24,008 bases of DNA from Octopus sinensis (Eukaryota). Each line of letters opens with the position of its first letter. Position 1 is the first letter of the stretch. A program made the translations under genes and the position numbers. The stretch spans positions 1-24,008 of the forward strand of contig NW_021836431.1 of NCBI RefSeq assembly GCF_006345805.1. Direction: 5' to 3'. Under the pieces are notes generated by a model. The model had not been told where the DNA came from. It saw only the letters and a list, made by a program, of their open reading frames with translations, and did no database searches. Below are positions 1 to 9,709 of the stretch, piece after piece.

Positions 1-2890
1 GGGTCAGGTACTCCTCGTCGACGTCCAGGTTCGCCCCGAGCACGACGTCGTACCTCCCCCCCACTAAACCCCTATAGAATGCTTTGGTTGTGTTGAAGTC
101 ACTTAAGGTCGACCCAGGACGGCAGAGTTGCTTGAGAGCAACGCGACACTCGCGGTGCCATTCGCCCTTCCTCGGCCTCTTTTTGATCCACGACTGCAGT
201 TCGGTCATGGAGACGAGCTGCGGGAAAGCGTGCCTCACAAACGGCGACCACACCTGTTCACCGTCGTCTACATAGAGCCAGAGATGTCGCAGTCTCAGCG
301 CGTGTCTGCGCATCATCAACCACGGCATGCCCAGCCCTCCTTTTAACGGGTTTTGACAGCAATGGATCGCCTGACCATCGGGACGCATCCTTTCCACAAG
401 AAGCGAAAGAGAATGCGTTGTAGTTTGGTGATGGTAGGGTCGGGACAAGGTACGACGGTCAGGCGGTAGTAGATGACGGACGAATTGTACGTGTTCGCCA
501 CCTCCGCTCCGCTCGACCTTTTAGGGACAGTTTCCTCTCGGCCCATTGCCGGGTGAGAGTGACCACCCTACTCGTTATCTCGTTCCAGTTCTTCTCCACT
601 TGGAGGTCCGGACCGAACCAGACCCCGAGCAACTCAACCGGGCCGTCGGTCCAGCGTCCCATGACGGAGGCGCTGGTGGACGGCATGGCTTGCTTCTCCA
701 GGTGCCTAGTCGCAAGCCCACTGACTTTTCCCGGTTGATTTTCGCTCCTGTCACTGTCACCGCTTCGTAGTTTTTCAGTGTCTCGCCGACCAGCTCGATG
801 TGCTCGTGGCTAGACACTATGACGGTGACGTCGTCCGCGTATGCAGACACGCTCGTCCCGCATCCCAATTCTCGCGGGATGCCCCTTAGAGTCGCCAGCT
901 TCCGCAGTAGTGGCTCAAGAGTCAATACGTATAGAAGCGCCGAGAGGGGGCATCCCTGACGGACCGAACGTGCAATGTCGAAAGGTCTTGATAGATGTCC
1001 ATTCACGCGAATTACCGAACGGATGCCTCTGTACAAGGCAGCTATCCAGCCGCGGAAGACGGGACCGAAACCAGCCGCTCTCAGGACTGCCTCCAAGTAT
1101 CGATGGTCTACCCTATCAAAGGCTTTCGATTGATCCAAGTTGATCAGGGCCCCACCCATGCCAGGTTCGTTAACTACCCTGTCTATGATGTAGCGCATCA
1201 GATGGAGGTTGTCATGGATGGTCCGGCCTGGCACGGCGCACGTTTGCGCCTTGTCGACCAGTTTCTCCATGACAAGCGCCAACCTCTTGGCTAGCACCTT
1301 GGCCAAAATTTTCAAGTCTGCATTAAGCAGAGTGATGGGCCTAAAGTTATCTATTACATTTCCCTTGTTTAGATCTTTCTTCAGCAGTGTTACGGCTCCC
1401 TCGGCTCACAAAACCAGAATGCTCCCGTTTTGCTGCCAGTTGCAGTACACCGCCGCCAAGAGATCTCCAAACAAGTCTGGCATACAATTGTAAAGCTCGT
1501 AGGGCAGACCATCCAAACCCGGTGATTTGTCCCTCGAGCATTCTGCCATCGCTTCCTTCCTGCACTTCCGCCGCCGTGATGGCACCTTCGCAGCACCCTG
1601 CCTTTCTTGTCGGGAGTCGTGGTAGGCTATGTAGGTAGGCACTGAAGTCCACCCTACGTTCTTGCCCTCCACTCGTTCCGAACAGTCGGGCAAATGCTGC
1701 TGAAAGGCCTCACACATTTTACTTGGCTCGAGCAATTCGCGCCCCTGTTCATCTACCAGTGACCGAATGGTGGCTTTGTTGCCCTGTTGCGCCTCTGCCA
1801 CCCGGGCCTCTCTCGCGGCTCCTACCTTCGTTCCTTAGAGCACGCATCCTAGCTCTGACAGCACATCCTTCGTGTTTGGCGTTGAAGTGTTGGTCGAGGG
1901 CCAACCTCGCTGCCCAAAACGTCGGATGCGATGCCGCTTCTAATTGCCTCTTCTAGCTTCTTAACTAGCTCACCATCTACTCTATTTCTATCTATGGCTA
2001 GTGCTTTGCTGTACCTACGCTTCTGCTTTTACTACTGCTCTCTTGAGGGCAAACCACCATTTGTTGTTGATGATGGCTCCCGTCAAAGCCCTCTTTACTA
2101 GTGTGCTAATCCTGTCTCTGAAAACCTGTCTCGATGGGAAAGACGCGTTTAGTTTCCAGTATCCGGGACCCTGCCTAAGTGTCTTACCTAAGTCTAGCGT
2201 ACATGTCACAAGTTGTGATCCGTGTAGCTGACTATGTGGAATTGTGGACATCCTATGCTATCTCTATCTACTGTCCTACACAGTATCCTATCTAGATACG
2301 ATCTCGACGACCCGATGCGGTTGCTCCATGTCCACGTTGGCGCATTCGGGTGGTCTAGTCGGAACCTGTCAGACAGTTGAAAGCGTCTGAGCAGGTCTCT
2401 GAGGCATTTGCATCCCCGTCTATTCCTATCTCTACCCACGTAATCTACATGCGTGTCCAAGGTAGCATTCCATCCCCCACTAAGAGAAAGGACGAGACGT
2501 TCCCAAGAATACTTCTAGACGTTGAAAGAAATCCGCCCGACCTGTTAAGGGCGGTGCGTAAACTGATACGAGTCGAAAGCGCACCCATTGCTGCCGTCGA
2601 CATCCAGGACGACCAGTCTACCTCCGGGTCTACGAATATTGTCCTTACTTTGAGATCCAGACTCTTGTAAAAAGTACCGCGGTGCCACTACCGCCCATTC
2701 TCGGCAGACAGGGGGAAAAATAAATGTTGAACTGTCCGCCAAACATGGTCTTTAGGGCCCGCGGATTGTGGAGTCTGGTCTCACTTATGGCTATGATTTC
2801 TAACTTATGTGACTTTATGTCATTTAAGAGGTACCCTTGTTTCCAAGGGGACCCCAAGCCACGCGCATTTACACAACCAATCTTGATCAT
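1..2890 (-). pseudogene. ORF2 (APE endonuclease + reverse transcriptase), split over several frames
   Basis: EN: MIKIGCVNARGL..ISETRL (2890), TWTW..SYLDRIL..YTDH (2206-2460), GPGYWKLN. RT: KSPGLDGLPYELY, KILAKVLAKRL, LDQSKAFDRVDH, SVRQGCPLSALLY, AYADDVTV (575-1315). Downstream: ELLGVWFG, LFRFLWKG. Confidence 0.93.
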
Positions 2891-2894
2891 AGTT

Positions 2895-4045
2895 CTAATG
2901 AATTAGAATACAGAGGGTTACTTACTGCTCGAAAGTTTTTGCTTTCTCCTCCTCCGTTGGTTTGTCCTCGAGAAGATCCCAGTACAGTTCTTTGTGAGAT
3001 ATTTTTGGCATTTACCAACCGCACTGGGGAAAATGCCTTTGAGTGTGTGGTGCAGACTTTTGGAGATGTGTAATATTTTGATGTGGTCTGGTGGTGTTGT
3101 GTATGGGTGATTGTTTGTTTTTATGTCATCTTCTGTTATGTTTTGTTTTTGATTGGATTATTCCATCAAATTTGTGTTTTTGGTGTCTATGGCCGTGAGC
3201 ATGTTTGCTGTATATGTTTTTTGTGGTGTTGGTGGGCTGTTGTTTGCGTTGGGTTTTGAAATGTCTTCGGGAGATGTATTTCCCCCTGCTTTGTTCGTGT
3301 TTGCATTTGGTTGGTTGTGTTTCTGCTCTTTATTTTTTTCCTCTTTTTGTAGCTATTTGCCATTCCTCACTGGTTTCGCTCTTCCGACGAAATTTCTGAG
3401 GAATCAGAAGGGGTAGGGGTATGTTGTGGGCTTCTATGTATGTCTGTGTAAGTGGTTGTGTTGTTTTCGTTGTTGTTGGTTTTTTTGAGTGTTTGTGTGT
3501 GTTGATTGCGGTATAAGGGATGGGGGATCAGTTTGTGTGTGTTTTCTTTGTTTTTCTGTTCCTTTGGGTTTTGCTGTTGTTCTTGGTGTTGGAATTGGTT
3601 TATTTGTTGTTGGTGGTGATGATTCTGTTCTTGGCGCTGGTGTTGGTGTTGTTGGTTGGGTTGGCTTGTTCTTTGTTTGTTTTTTTTCCTGCATTTCCGC
3701 ATACAGCTTCTTGACTAGCTGTCCATATTGTGGTGTGGGCAATAATCCTGGCTTTTGTGCTTTGTGACTTTTCCTGTGGCTGTTGTTGTTGTTGTAATTT
3801 TGCGGCAGATTTCCACTCCTTTTTGAGGTGTGCCTCACTGCCACATGTATAGTATCGTGGCCTTCTGCCCTCGACTACTACGTATACTTGCGGCCATCCT
3901 CAAGATGTACGTGGGTGGGATTTTATTATGTCCTCTTGACTTATGTGGAAGAGGAACTCTATTCTCTTTCCCAGCCAGTCCTTGTTTTCCGAAACACCGA
4001 TATCTAGGATGTTTAAGTCCTCCATTTCGGATGTTAAGGCGGATG
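2895..4045 (-). pseudogene. ORF1 (gag-like) remnant with decayed CCHC knuckle and low-complexity P/T/Q/K tail
   Basis: 3884->3813 translates YVVVEGRRPRYYTCGSEAHLKKEW, a CX2CX4HX4C pattern with the first Cys changed to Tyr and the last to Trp. It lies directly upstream of the ORF2 ATG. Confidence 0.7.
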
Positions 4046-4048
4046 TTT

Positions 4049-4057
4049 AGATAGATA

Positions 4058-4140
<83 letters not shown>

Positions 4141-4220
4141 ACAGACAGACAGACAGACAAACAGAAAGACAGACCCTCTGACAGAAAGGGAGACGAGTCA
4201 GACGAGACAGACAGACAGAC
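4049..4220. repeat. (AGAT)n then (AGAC)n microsatellite
   Basis: Direct reading. Confidence 0.95.
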
Positions 4221-4734
4221 AAAATAGATAATTCTATGAAGATAGAAAGACGTTATACTCACGATCGCACACGTCCACCCAAACGCTAACAACAAACTAA
4301 CTCACACTCGCATACAGTAACATCTAGACACGTTAATCCATGTTTAATCATATTGGTTTCTGTTATTTGAAATAAGTTTTATATAAAGATTGATTGTTTT
4401 GGTTTTTATATAAAATGGCGTTTTTTTTTTATATGATGCTGTTGTTTTTGTTTTTTCTTTATGTTTTCCCGTTTTGTTTTTTTTAATGGACTGACACGAT
4501 TTCTATGTAAAAAAAGTCATTGATTAAGCAAAGTCATGCCTCGCTGCTTTTCGGTTATGTCGCCAATGATCAGGCTCGATTAAAAAAAAAAAAAAAAATA
4601 AATAAACAAGACCCTGTCTATATCTGTGTCTATACCTACTTCCTGTGCAGTCAATATATCGATTTTATGTAATGAATGTGTCTACCTACACCTACTAAAA
4701 TACTCGCCCACAGTAACAACTGTGTAAACCGTTT

Positions 4735-5030
<296 letters not shown>

Positions 5031-5034
5031 TGAA

Positions 5035-5368
5035 GGCGCATGGCTCAGTGGTTAGGCTTACGTCGAGCTTACGATCGCGAGGTTGTTAGTTCGAATCCCG
5101 GACCGGGCTGTGTGTTGTGTTCTTGAGCAAGACACTTTATTTCATGTTGCTCCAGTTCACTCAGCTGTAGAAATGAGTTGCGACGTCACAGGTGCCAAGC
5201 TGTATCGGCCTTTGCCTTTCCTTTGGATAACATCAGTGGCGTGGAGAGAGGAGGCCGGTATGCATGGGCGACTGTTGGTCTTCCGTAAACAACCTTTTCA
5301 CGGATTTATGCCTCGGTAACTTTCTAGGTGCAATCCCATGGTCAGTCATAACAGAAGTGGTTCTCAAT
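5035..5368 (+). mobile_element. tRNA-derived SINE with CORE/Meta-like central domain
   Basis: A box TGGCTCAGTGG at 5041-5051 and B box GTTCGAATCC at 5089-5098, followed by TGTGTTCTTGAGCAAGACACTTT..CCAGTTCACTCAGCTGTAGAAATG. Confidence 0.85.
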
Positions 5369-5392
5369 ATATACCATGAATGTGTTCGTGTG

Positions 5393-5530
5393 TAGTTACC
5401 AACCACATGGCTCTGGGCTCGGTTCCACTGCGTGGCAACTTGGGCAGGTCTATTCTACTATAGCCTCAGGCGAACCAAAGCCTTATGAGTAAATTTGGTT
5501 GAAGAAAATTGAAAGAAGATCGTCGTATAT
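5393..5530 (+). mobile_element. SINE family A, diverged 5' half
   Basis: ACCAACCACATGG..TTGGGCAGG..CTATAGCCTC..GAAAGAAG; aligns with the copies at 5539-5660 and 7573-7940. Confidence 0.75.
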
Positions 5531-5538
5531 AACTATTC

Positions 5539-5660
5539 GCTGTGTGGTAAATAGCTTGCTTACCAATCACGTGGTTCCGGGCTCAGTCCCGCTACGTAGC
5601 ACCTGGGGCGAGTGTCTTCTATAGCCTCGGGAAACTGAAAGAAGCCCGTCGTGTATATAT
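5539..5660 (+). mobile_element. SINE family A, 5' half with internal deletion
   Basis: GCTGTGTGGTAA (A-box-like), GGCTCAGTCCC (B-box-like), then CTATAGCCTCGG joined directly to GAAACTGAAAGAAGCCCGTCG. Confidence 0.8.
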
Positions 5661-5877
5661 ATATGTATATGTATATATATGTATGCATATATATATGCAT
5701 ACATAAATACACACATACATATGTACGTAGTTGTATATAATGAGCGTGTGTGTGTGTGCTTATGTCCGTGTGTGAACGTGTTTCGCCGTATTTGTGTGCA
5801 CATACAATAATGATGTTATGCAAAGAGAAATGTCCGTGAATCGAAAAAATAACTTCAATGTATTTGATGGCAAAGTT

Positions 5878-5879
5878 TA

Positions 5880-5922
<43 letters not shown>
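5878..5922. repeat. (TATC)n microsatellite
   Basis: Direct reading. Confidence 0.95.
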
Positions 5923-6180
5923 AGACGGAAACTGAAAGAAGCCCGTCGTATATGTGTATGTGTATATATATGCGTGTCTGTGTTTGTCCCCCTAGCATTG
6001 CTTGACAACCGATGCTGGTGTGTTTTTGTCCCCGTTACTTAGCGGTTCGGCAAAAGAGACCGATAGAATAAGTACTGGGCTTACAAAAAAATAAGTCCCG
6101 GGGTCGATTTGCTCGATTAAAGGCGGTGCTCCAGCATGGCCGCAGTCAAATGACTGAAACAAGTAAAAGAGTAAAGAGTA
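5921..6180 (+). mobile_element. SINE family A, 3' part
   Basis: AGACGGAAACTGAAAGAAGCCCGTCG..CTTGACAACCGATGCTGG..GGTGCTCCAGCATGGCCGCAGTCAAATGACTGAAACAAGTAAAAGAG; matches the reverse complement of 7573-7860. Confidence 0.88.
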
Positions 6181-6198
6181 TACATACGTACGTAAAAA

Positions 6199-6394
6199 TG
6201 TGACCGCGTGTGTACCGTTTGCAATTTTTTTTCCTCTGTCTTCCCTTCTCTGGATCTTTCCTTCTCCTATGTTTCCGACGAAGAGCTCAGCTCGGAACGT
6301 TACCCCCCTTCTTTCCTGGCGTCCAATAATACTATATTTTGTTCCACGTCCCTCGCGTTGTTGTGTTTTTTTGTGCTTTCTTGTTTGGATTAAC

Positions 6395-6397
<3 letters not shown>
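6199..6397 (+). mobile_element. Penelope-like pLTR/3' fragment with degenerate minimal hammerhead motif
   Basis: CCGACGA-A-GAGC-TCA-GCTC-GGAA-CGTTA at 6275-6302 fits CUGANGA/stem II/GAAA/CGUH with two core substitutions. Confidence 0.55.
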
Positions 6398-6426
<29 letters not shown>

Positions 6427-7252
6427 CATACATACATACATACATACATACATACATACATACATACATACATACACACATACATACATGCATGCATGCA
6501 TGCATACATACATACATACATACACACATACATACATGCATGCATGCATGCATGCATACATACATACATACATACATACATACATACATACATACATACA
6601 TACATGCATACATACATGCATGCATGCATGCATACATACATACATACATACACATACATACATACATACACACATACATACATACATGCATGCATGCATG
6701 CATGCATACATACATACACACATACATACATACATACATGCATGCATGCATACATACATACATACTATTTCTTTATTACCCACAAGGGGCATGCATGCAT
6801 ACATACATACATACATACATACATACATACACATACATACATACATACATACATACATGCATGCATGCATGCATGCATACATACACACATACATACATAC
6901 ATGCATGCATGCATACATACATACATACTATTTCTTTATTACCCACAAGGGGCATGCATGCATACATACATACATACATACATACATACACATACATACA
7001 TACATACATACATGCATGCATGCATGCATACATACATACATACATACATACATACATACATACACACATACATACATGCATGCATGCATACATACATACG
7101 CACATACATACATACATACATGCATGCATGCATGCATACATACATACATACATACATACATACATACATACATACATACATACATACATACATACATGCA
7201 TGCATACATACATACATACATACATGCATGCATACATACATACATACATACA
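6398..7252. repeat. Compound (CATA)n/(CATG)n microsatellite with two identical 26-bp islands
   Basis: Direct reading; islands CTATTTCTTTATTACCCACAAGGGGC at 6765-6790 and 6928-6953. Confidence 0.95.
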
Positions 7253-7572
7253 AATTTATTATTCTTAAAGAAGAATATTATTGATTGTGACTTCGACGTT
7301 CCGGCCCGCTAGGCCATCGTTCGGACTGCGATGCTTTGAAGCTAATTCTGGCTTTACGTAATCTCTGTTGATTTCAAAATTTTTGGGGCAATTTGGGTTT
7401 GAGTGGTGTGGGAACTAGGTTGTAGTGTGGGTTGTGACGGAAAGATATTTTAGAGAAATTTATATTGATTAATTTGGGGTTATGTCATCCATAGATGTAT
7501 GTAGAAATTTGTAAGTACGTGTGTATATTTAGGTGTGTCAGCATCAGGTCACGAGATTGCTTTCTAGTGTTC
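7253..7572 (-). mobile_element. Penelope-like pLTR/3' UTR fragment with degenerate hammerhead motif
   Basis: Minus strand 7328->7293 reads CAGTC-CGAACGA-T-GGCC-TAGCG-GGCC-GGAA-CGTCGA, with AATAAA about 35 nt further 3'. Confidence 0.55.
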
Positions 7573-7940
7573 TTTTATTTGTGCCAGTCATTTGACTGCG
7601 GCCATGCTGGAGCACCCCATTTAGTCGAGTAAACTGACGCTAGGACTTATTCTTTGTAAGCCTAGTACTTATTCTATCGGTTTTCCTTTTTGCCGAATCG
7701 CTAAGTTACGGAGACGTAAACACACCAGTATCGGTTGTCAAGCGATGGTGGGGGTACAACCAAAGACACACACAAACACACACTAAAACACACACACACA
7801 TATATATATATATAAATATGTGCATAAATACGACGTGCTTCCTTCAGTTTCCGTCTACCAATTCCATTCACAAAGCTTTGGTCGGCTATAATAAGAGACA
7901 CTTGTCCAAGATACCACGCAGTGGAACTGAACCCGGATTC
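7573..7940 (-). mobile_element. SINE family A, near full length
   Basis: Reverse complement of 5393-5530 plus 5921-6180, with an internal (TA)/(TG) tract. Confidence 0.88.
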
Positions 7941-8194
7941 ACAAAAAAAAAATATAGGTAAATATAGGATTTTTTTTTTTTATCAGCGGGCGTGCCAGAA
8001 ATTCTAGTTATCTTTGATTTTATTGAATTTACTAAACCTTTGCTTTGGAAATGCAAAGATCGAAGTTTTAGAGTTTAGTCAAGTATTTAAGACTTAGTGA
8101 TTGGGTGTGTCAGCTTTTTTCTAAATGGAACTTTTTTCGGTTTACAAAAGAACGTAAGTAGGTGGTATGTTTGTATTTAGAAGGTGAGAGTTAT

Positions 8195-8396
8195 TACCAT
8201 TACTAACAAACTACAACCCACAAAAAAAAGAAGCTAAAATTAGGAAAGAACTTCTTTAAAATCTTGGGCTTTTTCTGTTACACTAGAAATACATCTAAAT
8301 TCAATCATTACCTAGGTGTTACCCCTCAACCTAGAATCCAATATTTATAAACCCTACAAGAAAAATAGCGAAAAAATTCATCATATTTATAAACAA
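8195..8396 (+). pseudogene. Penelope-like reverse transcriptase fragment, left half
   Basis: KIRKELL..SVTLEIHLNSIIT/YLGVT/LNLESNIYKPYKKNSEKIHHIYKQ resembles the recalled PLE motif NFLDVTFNL..YKPYRKPN..YIHK; frameshifted. Confidence 0.78.
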
Positions 8397-9172
8397 CTAG
8401 ACCTCCCAATAGTTCAAGATACCCGAAAAAACCGCGTATCTCGGGAACCCGTGGTCCGATTTACCCGAAACTTGTTTTATTCCGTTCGTATTCACATTTC
8501 AATGATACTTTACTTTCAGAGTATTTTCCTATTATGTGTCGATTTGGTTATTTATAAAGGTGTTCACAGTAAAGGGCAATAACACCAGGTTTCACTGGTA
8601 GAAACAAACCCCCACAAAAATGTGTATCTCGGGAATCCGTGCTCTGATTTACCCGAAACTTGTTTCATTCCGTTTGTATTCACATTTCAATGATACTTTA
8701 CTTTCAGAGTATTTTCCTATTATGTGCCGATTTGGTTATTTATAAAGGTGTTCACAGTAAAGGGCAATAACACCAGGTTTCACTGGTAGAAACAAACCCC
8801 CACAAAAATGTGTATCTCGGGAATCCGTGCTCTGATTTACCCGAAACTTGTTTTATTCCGTTTGTATTCACATTTCAATGATACTTTACTTTCAGAGTAT
8901 TTTCCTATTATGTGTCGATTTGGTTATTTATAAAGGTGTTCACAGTAAAGGGCAATAACACCAGGTTTCACTGCTTAAATTTGTAGAAACAAACCCCCCA
9001 CAAAAATGTGTATCTCGGGAATCCGTGCTCTGATTTACCCGAAACTTGATTCATTCCGTTTGTATTCACATTTCATTATGCACCGGTTTGGCTGTATTGA
9101 ATTACAGACAAGCACGCACGCAAGAAAGAATGCAAGCAAGCAAGCAATCACAGAGTTTTATTAGTATATAGA
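8397..9172 (-). mobile_element. Non-autonomous Helitron inserted in the PLE RT
   Basis: Minus strand reads A|TCTATATACTAATAAAAC...GGTCTAG|T: 5' TC, 3' CTAG, A/T target, no TSD. Removing it rejoins the PLE reading frame. The 3' hairpin is weak. Confidence 0.82.
8436..9076. repeat. 188-bp tandem repeat, about 3.4 copies, inside the Helitron
   Basis: GTATCTCGGGAA recurs at 8436, 8624, 8812 and 9010 (periods 188, 188, 198); units are nearly identical. Confidence 0.95.
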
Positions 9173-9390
9173 TGTAAACGCTAAAGTTGCATTGTCAAAA
9201 ACCTGGTAAAGAACATTTCTCTTAGACTTTCCTCTTTATTTTCAAATGGGAAAAAATTACTAACTGAAATAGCAACTCCATATAATGAAGCTCTCAATAA
9301 CAGCGGTTACAAGGAAAAAGTGCAATATATAAACAACAAACCTCCTACAGTAACAGAAAAAAGAAAAATCATCTAGTTTAATCCGCCTTC
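9173..9390 (+). pseudogene. Penelope-like reverse transcriptase fragment, right half (thumb/linker)
   Basis: From 9191: IVKNLVKNISLRLSSLFSNGKKLLTEIATPYNEALNNSGYKEKVQY..KRKII*FNPP, matching the recalled PLE motifs RLS.LSS..PY..AL..SGY and IIWFNPP. Confidence 0.82.
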
Positions 9391-9399
9391 ACCATACAA

Positions 9400-9585
9400 A
9401 TTTCTAGGTCGCGGTCTCAAAGCGACGAAAATATTTTGGCAAATTAAATTTAAATGTTGAAGTGAATCAAACGGTTTTTTGTGTGTTTCTTAAATGGCTT
9501 ATAAACACCTTCCACGCTGCAATTGTTTTCGTTCCAGCACACGATCTCAGATCAGGTCACTTGCTATGCAAGTACATTTCCGTAA
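9400..9585. mobile_element. Probable fragment of a non-autonomous interspersed repeat
   Basis: It begins where PLE homology stops, and GATCTCAGATCAGGTCACTTGCTATGCAAGTACAT resembles an octopus repeat I recall. No TIR pair was found. Confidence 0.3.
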
Positions 9586-9709
9586 TAACTAAATTATTTT
9601 TCAAAATACTGTAAAAACACTTCCACGGATGTGCCGAGCTTATAGAGACCTGATTAGCGAATTAGTTAAGAGTCATTCTTCAACAAATGGATTAGAACCA
9701 ATTAGAACC

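Larger units (their letters stand above)
1..4045 (-). mobile_element. Tx1/L1-clade non-LTR retrotransposon; recognisable 5' sequence stops at a (GATA)n tract, 3' part runs off the window start
   Basis: On the minus strand, an ORF1 remnant with a zinc knuckle is followed by ORF2 with APE endonuclease then RT. ORF2 is GC-rich compared with the rest of the window. Confidence 0.93.

Noticed and set aside
84-3767. Plus-strand ORFs overlapping the Tx1 element
   Set aside because: They are antisense shadows; all diagnostic motifs are on the minus strand.
5035-5107. tRNA gene
   Set aside because: It has A and B boxes but no convincing acceptor stem and continues into a SINE body.
5992-7312. Long ORFs of up to 370 aa (MYVC.., HTYI..)
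   Set aside because: They are translations of (CATA)n/(CATG)n repeats, which lack stops in several frames; there is no domain content.
7330-7570. SECIS element in the putative PLE 3' UTR
   Set aside because: ATGA and GTGA words exist on the minus strand, but I could not build the GA-quartet stem-loop.
8316-8582. 88-aa ORF as a gene
   Set aside because: It is a chimera of PLE RT codons running into the Helitron insert.
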